A stretch of 64,000 nt of DNA. It comes from an uncultured delta proteobacterium. Its GTDB lineage: Bacteria; Myxococcota_A; Polyangia; Haliangiales; Haliangiaceae. Location of the stretch: the NCBI GenBank assembly GCA_963848295.1, contig CAWKDB010000010.1, positions 1,184,001 to 1,248,000 of the forward strand, given 5' to 3'. Every line of letters starts with the position of its first letter. Position 1 is the first letter of the stretch. The notes under the pieces are model-generated. The model saw only the letters and a list, made by a program, of their open reading frames with translations, had not been told where the DNA came from and did not search any database. Made by a program: the position numbers and the translations under genes. Below are positions 30,685 to 43,471 of the stretch, one piece after another.

Positions 30685-33600
30685 GTGGCTCGTAGCGTCA
30701 TTCCGGGGTTTCTCGAACGCGTTCGCGCGCTGGTGTATCGCCGCGAGGCGTGGCGATCCGTGCTGTTCGCGATCGCCGCCCTCGGCGGGCTCGCGATCGT
30801 CCTGCCGCTGATCGGGACGTTGCTCGGCCACGCGCGCGCCGCCGCACTCGCGGTGCTCGGGATCGGTGGTCTCGCGGCGGTGCTCGTCGTCGTGTTCGCG
30901 GCGGTGCTCGGCGGCTTCGTGCCGCGCCGGCGATTCGAGCGCGACACCGATCTCGCGCGCTGGATCGGCGCGCGGCGCGGCGATGTCGCCTCCGATCTGC
31001 TGTCGGCCGTCGAGCTCGCGGCTGCGCCGCAACGCCCGGGCGCACCGTCGGTGGCGTTGGTCGAGGCACTGATCGTTTCGACCGGGCACACGATCGAGGC
31101 GATCGAGCCCGAGACGCTGTTGCCTTCGCGCGAGCTCGCACCGGCGCGGCGCTGGGCGCTCGGCGCGATCGCGGGTAACGCGCTGCTCGTGGCACTCGTG
31201 CCGCACGCGCTCGCGTCCGGCTGGCACACGCTCGTGGCGTCGCCCATGACACCGTTCGATGACGCGCAGCTTTCGGCGGTGCCGCTCGTCGGCGATCTCG
31301 ATGCGACGCTCGAGTTTCCGGCGTACAGCAGACGTCCGCCGCTCCCGCTGCGGTCGTCGTCGGGCGACGTCCGCGGCTTACCGGGGACGATCGTGACGCT
31401 GCACGCGCACATGCTCGTGCCCGCGGCTGCCGCCGAGCTCGTGTTCGATGGACCCGCAGCGCCATCCGGCGAGCAACCCGCATCGCCGTCCGCCGGTGGC
31501 GAGCACACGGTGGCGGCGAAGGTCGACGGCGATATCGTCACGGCGTCCTTCACGATCGATCATTCCGCGCGCTATCGGTTCGCGATCACGTCGCCAGGCG
31601 GCGCCCGCTCGATCGAGGCGACCCCGCGCGCGATCGACGCAGAGGCCGATCAAGCGCCGACGGTGCAGCTGCTGGCACCCGCCGACACGCTCGACGTCTC
31701 GAACCTCAAGCGGATCGAGCTCGCGTACGTGATCGAAGATGATTTCGGCCTGACATCGGCCGAGCTCGTCTGGGACGCTGGCAAGGATCACGGGCGCAAG
31801 CCGATCACGCTCGCGCCGAACGGGACCGAGCCGAGCTCGCGCGCGCAGGGCAAGCTGACATGGGACATCGCCGAGCTCGCGGTGCCGAGCGGCGGCGACG
31901 TGCGCTACTGGCTCGAAGCGAAGGACAACGACACCGTCGGCGGACCGAACGTCGGCAAGTCGCGCGAGTTTCATCTGCGCGTGATCAGCCCGCGCGAGCG
32001 CCACGAAGAGACGCTGAGTCGCCAGCAGGCGCTCACCGCGCTGCTGTTGCACAACCTCGGCGGTCGGCTCGTGGGACCCGGCGACGATGCGATCGCCCGC
32101 GACGAGCTCTCGCGCGAGCTGCACGAAGCCGTCACCGAGCTCGCGTCGATCAGCGGCGCGTACGTCAAGGACCGGCACGCCTCGGATGCGCTGCGCAAGA
32201 CGCTCGCGCAGATCCGCGAACGCCTCGACAAGCTCGCGAGCAACGAACAGAAGCTGTTGCCGAAAGGTGCGAAGACCTCGCCGACCGGACGGTTCACGAT
32301 GTTCGACAAGACCCTCGTCGCGGAGCTCGAGGACGATACGATCGCGCTCGCCGACTGGGTCGATCGCGAGTTGATCGAAGGCATGCTCGATATCTCCGAC
32401 GAGATCGCGGCGCACCAGAAGCGCCTCGCCGATCTGTTGACGCAATACGCCAAGACGAAAGACCCGCGCGCGATGGAAGAGATCGAGCGCGAGATGCGCG
32501 CGATCGACAAGGGACTCGCCGAGCTGCAACAGCACAAGCGCGGGATTCCGGAAGACGTCCTCGACCAGTACGTCAACCGCGACGCGATGCAGGCCCAGCA
32601 AGGCGCGAACTGCATGGACGAAGTCGGCAAGCTGATCCGCGCCGGCAAGACGACCGAGGCGCAGCAGAAGCTCGAGCAGTGCAAGCAGCAGCAAGAGCAC
32701 GGCGCCTCCGCGCAAGAAGACGGCCTGTCGAGGCTGCGCAGCGACAAGTTCAGCGACGAGCAGAAAAAACTCGACGAAGTGATGAACGAGCTCGCCGACG
32801 CGTCGAAGGATCAGGATGACATCGCGGCGGAAGCCAATCGGATCTTCGAGCAATATGCCGAGAAGGCCGACGAAGTGGCGCGCGGCAACCGGCGCGAGGC
32901 GAGCAAGAAGGTCGGCCCGCTCATCGACAAGCTGCGGCGCCGGATCAAAGACATCAACGAACCGGGCCTGACGCCGTTCGCGAAAGAGGAGCTGGATATC
33001 GTCGAGCGCAGGCTCGACGATGTCGAGAAGATGGTCGGCGACGGCGATCTCGCAGAAGGCGCGGCGATGGCGCACCAAGCGAAGCAAAGCCTCGACACGA
33101 TCGGCGGCGAGCTCGAGGCCGCGCTCGCCGACGATCCGAAGTCGAAGTGGGCCGATGCGACCCAAGAAGCGCTCGACGGCGTCGAGAAGACGCGACCGGC
33201 GGCGAAGGAGCTGATCGACGAGCTGTCCGCGCTGTCGCCGAAGCCCGATCAGATCATGTCCGGCGACGACCAACGCGCGCTCGATCGCCTGCGGCGGCGC
33301 CAAGACATGAACCGCGACCGGACCCGCCACCTCGCCGACCGGACGAAGCAACTCGGCGCCGAGCTACCGGGCGATGCCGCGGCCGAGCTCCAGAAGAAGC
33401 TGGGGGCTGCGGTCGACCAGATGGGGCAAGCCGTCGATCAGATGAAGGCGAAGGATCCGTCGGGCACGCGCGAGTCGACGCGCGCGGCGGCCGAGACCCT
33501 CGAGAAAGCGCGCGAGCGAGCCCGCAGCGCGGCGCGCCAGGCGCAAGAGAGCGTCACGAACGACGAGCCGATTCGCATCCCGGGCGCCGACGAGTACAAG

Positions 33601-33711
33601 ACGCCAGAGAAGTTCCGCGAGGAGCTGCAGCAGGGCATGTCGAAGAAGACCGACAAGGTCGATCCGTACGACGACATGATCAATCGCTACATCCAGGACC
33701 TCAACCGATGA
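30685..33711 (+). CDS. DUF4175-like membrane-anchored coiled-coil protein
   Basis: N-terminal TMs, Ig-like middle (DQAPTV, EDDFGL, AKDNDTVGGP), long Q/E/K coiled coil. Confidence 0.75.
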   Translation: MARSVIPGFLERVRALVYRREAWRSVLFAIAALGGLAIVLPLIGTLLGHARAAALAVLGIGGLAAVLVVVFAAVLGGFVPRRRFERDTDLARWIGARRGDVASDLLSAVELAAAPQRPGAPSVALVEALIVSTGHTIEAIEPETLLPSRELAPARRWALGAIAGNALLVALVPHALASGWHTLVASPMTPFDDAQLSAVPLVGDLDATLEFPAYSRRPPLPLRSSSGDVRGLPGTIVTLHAHMLVPAAAAELVFDGPAAPSGEQPASPSAGGEHTVAAKVDGDIVTASFTIDHSARYRFAITSPGGARSIEATPRAIDAEADQAPTVQLLAPADTLDVSNLKRIELAYVIEDDFGLTSAELVWDAGKDHGRKPITLAPNGTEPSSRAQGKLTWDIAELAVPSGGDVRYWLEAKDNDTVGGPNVGKSREFHLRVISPRERHEETLSRQQALTALLLHNLGGRLVGPGDDAIARDELSRELHEAVTELASISGAYVKDRHASDALRKTLAQIRERLDKLASNEQKLLPKGAKTSPTGRFTMFDKTLVAELEDDTIALADWVDRELIEGMLDISDEIAAHQKRLADLLTQYAKTKDPRAMEEIEREMRAIDKGLAELQQHKRGIPEDVLDQYVNRDAMQAQQGANCMDEVGKLIRAGKTTEAQQKLEQCKQQQEHGASAQEDGLSRLRSDKFSDEQKKLDEVMNELADASKDQDDIAAEANRIFEQYAEKADEVARGNRREASKKVGPLIDKLRRRIKDINEPGLTPFAKEELDIVERRLDDVEKMVGDGDLAEGAAMAHQAKQSLDTIGGELEAALADDPKSKWADATQEALDGVEKTRPAAKELIDELSALSPKPDQIMSGDDQRALDRLRRRQDMNRDRTRHLADRTKQLGAELPGDAAAELQKKLGAAVDQMGQAVDQMKAKDPSGTRESTRAAAETLEKARERARSAARQAQESVTNDEPIRIPGADEYKTPEKFREELQQGMSKKTDKVDPYDDMINRYIQDLNR

Positions 33712-35261
33712 GGCACCTCGTGGCCACGGCGCTGCTGCTCGCTGCGATCGCGGTGCCTGCGGATGCGCGGCGCGATCGCACGGTCAACGGCGACGTGATC
33801 AAGGCGGCGCGATTCCTGTCGTCGGCGCGGATCGAAGACGCGCGCGCGTTGCTCGCCGATCTGCAGAAGCGCGCACCCGATACGATCGAAGTGCATTGGC
33901 TGACCGCCGAGCTCGCGTTCCAGTCCGGCGACTACACCGGCGCGCTCAAGGCGCTCGACAAAGTTCCGGACGACGCGCTCGACGGCCTGGCCGGCACGAC
34001 GCGCAAGCTCGCGACCAGCACGCTCGCGGTGACCGCGAGCTTCGTCGAGACCCGCTCGCCGAAGGGCCACTTCGCGGTGCGCTACGCACCCGGCCCCGAC
34101 GCCGCGATCGCCGAGCTCGCGGGCGAGACGCTCGATGCGGCGTGGGAGACGATCGGCGATGACCTCGGGCTGAAGCCGGACGATGTGATCCGGGTCGAGC
34201 TCTACGGCGCGCCGGCGGACCTCGCGAAGGTGTCGCCGCTGACCGAGACCGAGATCGAGACGACCGGCACGATCGCGCTGTCGAAGTACAACAAGCTGAT
34301 GGCAGTGTCGCCGCGCGCGACGCTGTTCGGTTATCCGTGGATGGACGCGCTCGCGCACGAGTACACGCACTTGCTCGTGGCGCGGCTGTCGCACGACACC
34401 GTGCCGGTGTGGCTGCAGGAAGGCCTCGCCCGGTTCGAGCAGACGCGGTGGCGCCGGCCGCCCGAGCTCGTGCTGTCGTCGACCGAGCAAGCGCTGCTCA
34501 CCGCGGGCCTGCGCAAGGGACGGCTGATCACGTTCGAGCAGATGCACCCGTCGATGGCGAAGCTCCCGAGCCAGGAGGCCGCCGCGCTCGCCTACGCCGA
34601 GGTCTACAGCTTGGTCGCGTGGGTCCAGCAGAAGCTCGACTACAAAGGACTGCGCGACATCATCGCGGCGCAACGCGACGGCAAGTCGGCGCGGTTCGCG
34701 GTCGCCGAGGCGATGGGGGAACCGTGGCCGCAGGTCGAGAAGGAGTGGCGCGCTCACCTGCGGATGGGCGATGGCAAGGCGCGCGCCGGTAAGCCGATCA
34801 AGTTCCACAAAGGTGGCGTCGACTCCGAGAACGTCGGGATCGAAGGCGTCTCGGTCCGCGCGCGCAAGTTCGCGCGGCTCGGCGGCATGTTGCGCGCGCG
34901 CGGCATGCTCGATGCGGCCGCGGTCGAATACGAGAAAGCCCTCGCGGTCGGCGGCTCGGACTCGTTCGTCGCAGGCAAGCTCGCGCGCACGCTGGTCGAG
35001 CTCGGCCGGTTCGACCGGGCGATCGAGCTCGCCGCGCCGCTCGCCGCGGCCGACGACCACGATGCGGCCCCGGCGGTCACGCTCGGCATCGCCCACGCCG
35101 CCCGGCACGAGTGGGCTGACGCGATCTCGGCGTTCGAGCAAGCGCTGCGGGTGAGCCCCTTCGATCCTCAAACTCGCTGCGGATTGGCAGAAGCCTACGC
35201 ACAAATCAGCGATACTCGGGCGGCTCGCGAGCGCTCGGCCTGCGACCAGCTCAAGAAATGA
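33708..35261 (+). CDS. TPR protein with an MA-clan metallopeptidase-like domain
   Basis: Signal peptide; LAHEYTH...PVWLQEGLA; TPRs at both ends. Confidence 0.85.
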   Translation: MRHLVATALLLAAIAVPADARRDRTVNGDVIKAARFLSSARIEDARALLADLQKRAPDTIEVHWLTAELAFQSGDYTGALKALDKVPDDALDGLAGTTRKLATSTLAVTASFVETRSPKGHFAVRYAPGPDAAIAELAGETLDAAWETIGDDLGLKPDDVIRVELYGAPADLAKVSPLTETEIETTGTIALSKYNKLMAVSPRATLFGYPWMDALAHEYTHLLVARLSHDTVPVWLQEGLARFEQTRWRRPPELVLSSTEQALLTAGLRKGRLITFEQMHPSMAKLPSQEAAALAYAEVYSLVAWVQQKLDYKGLRDIIAAQRDGKSARFAVAEAMGEPWPQVEKEWRAHLRMGDGKARAGKPIKFHKGGVDSENVGIEGVSVRARKFARLGGMLRARGMLDAAAVEYEKALAVGGSDSFVAGKLARTLVELGRFDRAIELAAPLAAADDHDAAPAVTLGIAHAARHEWADAISAFEQALRVSPFDPQTRCGLAEAYAQISDTRAARERSACDQLKK

Positions 35262-36379
35262 AGTCCTCTCCCGACATCACGCCGCTGCGTCCCGACGCTC
35301 GCCCGGAACCGCGCGAAGACCAGCAAACCGAGGTCAATCCGATCGTCGTGCCGCAGAGCATCGACGATGTTCCGACCGGGCCCGCCGCGCAGGTCAAGAC
35401 CGACCTCGAAGCGGTCGGGGAGCTCGCCCAGGCGCACGATCAGATCGTCGCCGAGATCGAGAAGCGGATCATCGGCCAGCGCAAGGTCGTCGACCAGCTG
35501 CTGATCGCGCTGTTCGCGCGCGGCCACACGCTGTTCGTCGGCGTGCCGGGGTTGGCGAAGACGCTGCTGATCTCGACGCTCGCCGAGACGCTGAACCTCT
35601 CGTTCCAACGCATCCAGTTCACGCCCGACCTCATGCCGGCCGATATCACCGGCACCGAGGTGCTCGAAGAAGATCACACGACCGGTCGCCGTGCGTTCCG
35701 GTTCTTGAAGGGCCCGGTGTTCGCAAACCTCGTACTCGCCGACGAGATCAACCGCACGCCGCCGAAGACCCAGGCGGCGCTGCTCCAGTCGATGCAGGAG
35801 TATCGCGTCACCGCCGGCGGCATGACTCACGATCTGCCGCTGCCGTTCCTCGTGTTCGCGACGCAAAACCCGATCGAGCAAGAGGGCACGTATCCGCTGC
35901 CCGAGGCGCAACTCGATCGCTTCATGTTCCAGATCGATGTCGACTACCCGAGCGAGACCGAAGAAGAAGAGATCGTGCGGCGGCAGACCAGCGATCACCG
36001 CCCGGAGCTACAACGCGTGCTGTCCCCGACGCGGATCATGCAGCTGCAGGACCTCGTGCGCCGGGTGCCGGTCGCCGATCACGTCGTGAAATACGCGGTC
36101 GGGCTCGCGCGTGCGACCCGGCCGACCTCGCCCAGTGCGCCGGCGTTCGTCAGAGACAGCGTGTCGTGGGGCGCCGGTCCGCGCGCATCGCAGTTCCTGA
36201 TCCTCGCCGCGAAGGCGCGCGCGATCCTCGCCGGTCGGTTTGCCGTTCAGATCGACGATGTCGCGGCGCTCGCTCGGCCGACGCTGCAGCACCGGCTGAT
36301 CCTCAACTACCGCGCCGAAGCGGAAGGCCAACGCCCGGGCGACATCGTCGACCGGCTGCTGTCGGTCGTCACGCCGTAA
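35258..36379 (+). CDS. MoxR-family AAA+ ATPase
   Basis: GVPGLAKT, RIQFTPDLMPAD, DEINRTPPKTQ, ATQNPIEQEGTYPLPEAQLDRF. Confidence 0.96.
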   Translation: MKSSPDITPLRPDARPEPREDQQTEVNPIVVPQSIDDVPTGPAAQVKTDLEAVGELAQAHDQIVAEIEKRIIGQRKVVDQLLIALFARGHTLFVGVPGLAKTLLISTLAETLNLSFQRIQFTPDLMPADITGTEVLEEDHTTGRRAFRFLKGPVFANLVLADEINRTPPKTQAALLQSMQEYRVTAGGMTHDLPLPFLVFATQNPIEQEGTYPLPEAQLDRFMFQIDVDYPSETEEEEIVRRQTSDHRPELQRVLSPTRIMQLQDLVRRVPVADHVVKYAVGLARATRPTSPSAPAFVRDSVSWGAGPRASQFLILAAKARAILAGRFAVQIDDVAALARPTLQHRLILNYRAEAEGQRPGDIVDRLLSVVTP

Positions 36380-36384
36380 TCGCG

Positions 36385-37326
36385 ATGAAGATCGATCCGG
36401 CGCAGCTCGCGCGGCTCGGCAGCCTCCCGATCAAGGCACGGGTGATCGTCGAAGGCGCGCTGTCCGGCTTGCATCGAGCGTCGGTGCATGGCTCGTCGGT
36501 CGAGTTCGCCGAGCACAAGGAATATTCTCCCGGCGACGAGCTGCGCAACGTCGACTGGAAGGCGTACGCCAAGCTCGACCGTTACTACGTCAAGCAGTTC
36601 GAACAAGAGTCACAGCTCACGGTCTACCTGTTGCTCGACGCCTCGGCGTCGATGGCGTTCGGCGGCGGCGGCATGCCGAAGCTCGAGTACGCGGGCCTGC
36701 TCACCGCCGCGCTCGCGTATCTCGTCGTCGAGCAACAGGACAAGCTCGGGTTCGTGGCGTGTGGCGATCGCGCGGTCGAGACGATCGTGCCGCCACGCGC
36801 GCGGACGAGCCACTTGCACGACGTGCTCGGCGTGATCGAACGCGTCGTCGCGAGCGGCGGCAAGGGCGACGAATCGCCGGCGCACGCCCTCGCGCGGATC
36901 GCCGAGCTGACCCGCCGCCGGCGCGCGCTGATCATCCTCGCGACCGACCTATTCGACGGCGATGATGCCACGCTGACCGAGCTCGCGCACCTGCGCGCAC
37001 AGCACCACGACGTCTCGGTCATCCACATCCTCGATCCGCACGAGCGCACGTTTCCGTACGACGGGCTCACCGAGTTTGTCGCGCTCGAGTCGACGAACAA
37101 GATGCTCGTCAACCCGGCCGCGATCCGCACCGCCTACCTCGAGCGGATGGACGCGTTCCTCGCGAAGTGCAAGGGCATGCTCGCCGCCGCGGGCGTCGAC
37201 TACCACCTGACCTCGACCGATCGCCGGCCCGAGGAAACGCTGCTGGAGCTGCTCGTCGCGCGGACGCGGCTCGCACCCGGCCGGCGCGCACGCGGTGGCA
37301 CCGCCGCGACGGGGAGCGCGCGCTGA
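36385..37326 (+). CDS. DUF58 protein
   Basis: GSSVEFAEHKEYSPGDELRNVDWK, LLDASASM. Confidence 0.93.
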   Translation: MKIDPAQLARLGSLPIKARVIVEGALSGLHRASVHGSSVEFAEHKEYSPGDELRNVDWKAYAKLDRYYVKQFEQESQLTVYLLLDASASMAFGGGGMPKLEYAGLLTAALAYLVVEQQDKLGFVACGDRAVETIVPPRARTSHLHDVLGVIERVVASGGKGDESPAHALARIAELTRRRRALIILATDLFDGDDATLTELAHLRAQHHDVSVIHILDPHERTFPYDGLTEFVALESTNKMLVNPAAIRTAYLERMDAFLAKCKGMLAAAGVDYHLTSTDRRPEETLLELLVARTRLAPGRRARGGTAATGSAR

Positions 37327-39469
37327 TGGGGTTTCTCGCGCCGCTCATGCTCGTCGGCGTGCTCGCGATCGGTGTGCCGATCGCGATCCATCTGATCGGC
37401 CGCCGGCGCGCGAAGATCGTGAAGTTCGCGGCGCTCGACTTCCTGCTGACCACGAAACGCCGTACCGCGCGACGGCTGCGACTGCGCGAGCGGATCTTGC
37501 TGCTGGTCCGGGCGCTCGGCTGTCTCGCGATCGCCCTCGCGCTCGCGAAGCCGTTCGCGTCGTGCGAGCGCAGAGGCACGGCGGTGACGCGCGGCCCGCA
37601 GGCCGCGGTCCTCGTGATCGATGACTCGTTCGCCTCGGGCTACAAGATCGACGGCAAGGTCTGGCTGCGTACCGCGACCGACGAGGCGCGCCGGATCGTG
37701 ACCCAGCTCGGACCCGAAGCCGAGATCGCGATCGTCCGTACATCGGAAGGCGCCGACCAGCCAAGCGAGCTGACGCGCGACCACATCCGCCTGCGCGACG
37801 AGCTGCTCGCGCTCGAGCCGACCGCTCGGCCAGCCGATACGACGCGCGCGCTCGCCCGCGCCGCCCAGCTGCTCGCCGCGTCGAGTCACGCGCGCAAGAC
37901 CGTGTTCGTGCTGTCGCTGCTCGCGAAGACCGGCTTGCGCCCCGATGATCCGCCGTGGGGCAAGAACGGGCCGACGCTTTCGGTCATCGACCTGCGGCCG
38001 CCGCAGATGCCGAACCTCGCGGTCACCGCCCTGCACGTCGACCCCGATCCAGTGGCCGGCACGCGCGGCGTCGCGTTCGATGCCGAGGTCGGCAATTTCA
38101 GCGCGCAGCCCGCGAAGGTCGAGTTGTCGTTGTCGATCGCCGATCATGTCGTCGCCCGCGGCGAGCTCGCGCTCGGGCCGGGCGAAAAGAAGACGAAGCG
38201 ATTCCTCGCGACGTTGCCCGCCGGATCGCGGGCATCCGATGCACAGGTCATGCTCCGCGGAGACGACCCCGGGAAGTCCCTGACGAAGGACGCGCTCGCG
38301 ATCGACGATCGGCGCTGGGTGCGGGCGCAGTTGCGGGACGAGGTCCGGGTGCTGCTCGTCGACGGCGATCCGCGCACGGTGCGCCACGACGACGAGCTGT
38401 TCTACCTCGAGGCCGCGTTGCGTCCGGGAGATCGCGACGACAGCGGCACGCAAGTTCGGACGATCACCGCCGAGGAGCTCGCCGGCCTCGATCCGAAGTC
38501 GCGGACGAACGCGAATGCGCTCGACCTCGCTGACTTCGACGTCGTCGTACTCGCGAACGTGCCGGCACTCCCTGTCGATCAAGTCAGCGCGCTCGCCGCA
38601 TGGGTCACCGCCGGCGGCGGCGTGCTGATCACGCCCGGCGATCGCGTCGATCCTGCCGCGTACGACCGCACGATGCTGCCACTGATGCCGCAAGGGCTGC
38701 GCGATCCGATCGATGTGACCTGGGGCGCGGCACCGGAAGAGCGCGACAGCCGCGCGCTCCACCTCGTCAAGTGGGAAGCCGATCACCCGATCTTCGCCGA
38801 CTTCAAAGCCGACGCGCCCGAGCTCGCCGATGCGAAGTTCTACAAGGTCTCGCTGCTCGGCCCGACCACGAATACGACGGATCGCCGAGTGCTCGCGCGC
38901 TACACCAACGGCGCTGAAGCGCTGGTCGAGGCGTCACTCGGCGCCGGTCGCACGCTGCTGTTCACGTCCACGATCGATCACGACTGGAACGACCTGCCGA
39001 TGCACCGCGGGTTCTTGCCGCTGATGCAGAGGATCATGCAGCACCTCGCGCGCAAGCACACCGAGCTCGGCGATGGCGACCATGTCGTCGGCGGCTCGGT
39101 CGTGTTGCCGACCAGCGATCTCAAGAAGCTCGAGGTTCGGGGGCCCGACGGGATTGGCATGGTGTTCGAAGGTGATCGGATCGCGGGTCGTAGCTCGGTG
39201 CGCTTCGGCAAGACCGATCGGCCTGGCATCTATCGCGTGATCGGCACGGACCAGACCGACAGCACGCACGATCGGGACGAGCTCGCATTCGCGGTCAACC
39301 TCGATCCGCGCGGCTCGGATCTCACGGAGGCGCCGCCCGAGATGTTGCCGCGATCGGGGACCGGTAGCGCGGCGGCACCGGCCGACGCCGAACGCCGAGT
39401 CGAGCTGTGGCACGCGCTCGCCGCGATCGTGCTGCTCATGCTGCTCGCCGAAGGGATCCTGGTCCAGCG

Positions 39470-39473
<4 letters not shown>
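37326..39473 (+). CDS. BatA-domain/VWA membrane protein
   Basis: MGFLAP...PIAIHL...LLLVRAL; IDDSFAS; C-terminal TM. Confidence 0.88.
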
Positions 39474-40893
<1,420 letters not shown>

Positions 40894-40897
<4 letters not shown>

Positions 40898-42006
40898 AGG
40901 CCGGCGAGACGCTCGGCGAGCCGGCGATGCTCGACGCTGCCGATGACCTCGCGCCCTACGGCCGGCAAGTGCGCGAGCGCGTCCGCGTGCGCCCGTTTCA
41001 TCGCGCGGACGCGCGCGGCCGCCGCGCCGATCTTCGCCGCGAACGTGGAGTCGCGTTCCGCTTCGCCGATCAGCGCCGCTTCGGCCGCCGCTTGGTTCGC
41101 CTCGTCGCGGCACAGCAACAGCGCATCGCAGCCCGCGCGAATCGCCGCCACCGCCGCAGGCCCAGCGCCGAAGTGTGACGCGATCGCCTTCATGTCGAGA
41201 TCGTCGGATGCGATCACCCCGCGATAGCCGATCCGATCGCGCAGTAAGCCGGTGATCACGCGCTCGCTCAGGGTCGCCGGTCGATCCGGATCGAGCGCTG
41301 CAAACACGACGTGCGCGGTCATCAGCATCGGCAAGCCCGCCGCGGCCGCCCGACGAAACGGCAGCAACTCGATCTGCTCGAGCCGATCCCAGCCGTGGTC
41401 GATCCGCGGCAGCTCGAGGTGCGAGTCGGTATCGGTATCGCCGTGGCCGGGGAAGTGCTTGCCGCAAGCAACCACGCCCGCCGTCGCCAACCCGCGCGCG
41501 AACGCGAGCGCTCGCCGCGCTACCGCCTCGGCGGCCGTGCCGAACGCGCGGTCGCCGATGATCGGATTCGCCGGGTTCGTGTGCACGTCGAGCACCGGCG
41601 CGAAGTCGATGTCGATGCCGAGCACGCGCAGCTCGCTGCCCAGCGCGTGGCCGACGCGTTCGGCGGTCGCCTCGTCGTCGCCAGCCGGCAAGCCCTCGTG
41701 CGCTATCATCGGCGGCCATCGGGTCGCAGGCGCGCGGATGCGTTGGACCACGCCGCCCTCTTGATCGATCGCCACGAGCGCCGGCGTGCCGTCGGGCGCA
41801 CGGCGATGCAGCTCCGCGGTCAGCGCCGCGAGCGCGTCGAGATCGCACAGCTCTTGCGCGTCGCCGCCGCCGTTCGAGAATCGCAAGTTGCGCTTGAACA
41901 GGATCGTCGCACCGGCGCGGCCGGCGTCGAGCTGCTCGCGCAGCGCCGGTGGCACCGTAGGGCCTGCGAAGCCGAGCCATAGCACTTGACCGACGTCGTC
42001 GCGCAC
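40894..42006 (-). CDS. nagZ: Beta-N-acetylhexosaminidase (GH3)
   Basis: IDQEGGVVQR, FAPVLDV, KHFPGHGDTDTDSH, MTAHV, SDDLDM. Confidence 0.93.
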
Positions 42007-42025
42007 GCCGCGAACGTAGCACGCG

Positions 42026-43312
42026 CTACTGGCCGGGCTCCGGATTCTCCGAGCACGCCATGGCGGTCGGCACCGGCACGCACTCGCCCATCGAGCCGAT
42101 GGAGAGTGTGACGCTGATGTTAGCGGTCGGCATGCCTGACCGCTCGACCGCGAGGTCGACTTCACCGAGCACCGACGTGTTTGAAGTGAGCTGGCCGACC
42201 AACGTGTCTTCGATCCAGAAATTGTCGGTCGTCACCGTGATCGCCTGGAGTGGAGAGACGCCCAACGCCGGTTGGGTCGTCGCCAGGCTCGTCCGCCAGT
42301 TCGTCGGCGAGGTCGAGACGCTGATGAGGCAAGGCGCGGCGGACGAGCACTTCAGATCGGGGATCAGCAGCTGACCGGCGTCATCCACGCACGGGGCGTA
42401 GATCGACCCGGTGCCCTTGTCGAGGATCGTGCACGTAAACGCGTCGGACGCGGCACACGACCCGGTCGGCAGGCAGTCCTGTGGTTGACCGTTCGCGACG
42501 TCCTCGCAGTACCTGACGCCGCTGCAGGTCGGTTCGTCGGGGGGCGTGCACGGCGTCGCGACCGGCACCAGCTCGCCATCGCAGTTCGTGTCTTGGCCGT
42601 CGCACGTCTCGACCGCACCGGCGTAGAAGCTCGCGCGCGTGTCGTCGCAGTCGGGCGCCGTCGCGTCGTCGGCCGTGTCGTTGTCACAATCGAGGTCGAG
42701 CGGCCGCATCAACGCGTCGCCGTCATCGGACAACAACACGCGGAGCTCGCCGCCGGCCATCGGGTGCCAGACGAAGCCGCTGTTCGTGGCGCCGCACGTC
42801 ACGAGCTCGTACTGGCCCGCGCCGATCGAGCCGTCGGCGCTCGGCGGCACCACCCGCTCGAGCCTGATCGGGAACTCCTCGGTCGTGTTGCTATCGGCCG
42901 GGGGCAACTCGATCGCGGCGGGCGCACCATTGCTGTCGACGAACGTGCCGATCGCGGTCGGCGCGGACATGGACCCGACGATCGCGAACGCGACGTAGTG
43001 GGTGGTACCGGCGCCCGGCTCGGGGCCGAGCTCGATCACGGCTTTGCCGAGATCGGCGAACGACTCGTCGAACGCGCCGACCATGACGGCCTGCTTGTAG
43101 TACACGACGTCGCTGTCCGCGAGCGACCCGGGCGAGGTCCGCTGGTGTAGCGGCATCGACGCCGAGGGATCGACGAGCACGACCGTGATGTCGGACCCGC
43201 CGCCGAACCCGCGCGGACCGAGCTTCAACTCGGTGCCGGCGGAGGGGTGCTTCGCGCACCCGGCGAGCACCGCCGCGAGCAGCGCAAGGTCGGCGAGCCG
43301 GCGCATTCCCAT
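42026..43312 (-). CDS. Lipoprotein with a MopE-like putative metal-binding motif
   Basis: Lipobox LAGC; DCDDTRASFYAGAVETCDGQDTNCDG. Confidence 0.75.
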   Translation of the reverse strand: MGMRRLADLALLAAVLAGCAKHPSAGTELKLGPRGFGGGSDITVVLVDPSASMPLHQRTSPGSLADSDVVYYKQAVMVGAFDESFADLGKAVIELGPEPGAGTTHYVAFAIVGSMSAPTAIGTFVDSNGAPAAIELPPADSNTTEEFPIRLERVVPPSADGSIGAGQYELVTCGATNSGFVWHPMAGGELRVLLSDDGDALMRPLDLDCDNDTADDATAPDCDDTRASFYAGAVETCDGQDTNCDGELVPVATPCTPPDEPTCSGVRYCEDVANGQPQDCLPTGSCAASDAFTCTILDKGTGSIYAPCVDDAGQLLIPDLKCSSAAPCLISVSTSPTNWRTSLATTQPALGVSPLQAITVTTDNFWIEDTLVGQLTSNTSVLGEVDLAVERSGMPTANISVTLSIGSMGECVPVPTAMACSENPEPGQ

Positions 43313-43324
43313 CAACGATGTTAG

Positions 43325-43340
43325 TGCGAGTGACGTGCCG
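43325..43340 (-). promoter_or_regulatory. Possible sigma54 -24/-12 site
   Basis: CGGCACGTCACTCGCA fits GG-N10-GC 13 nt before the ATG; an alternative TAACAT -10 is also present. Confidence 0.3.
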
Positions 43341-43471
43341 GGCCAACTCCCCTCGAGCCCCGGCCGGAGATGCCCGGATCGACGAGCGTGTCGTGTAGGT
43401 CGAGGTCCGCGCCGTGTGAGCCAGATCGCGAACGGCGTTGGCGCCCCGAGGCCGATCGATCGCGCCAATGG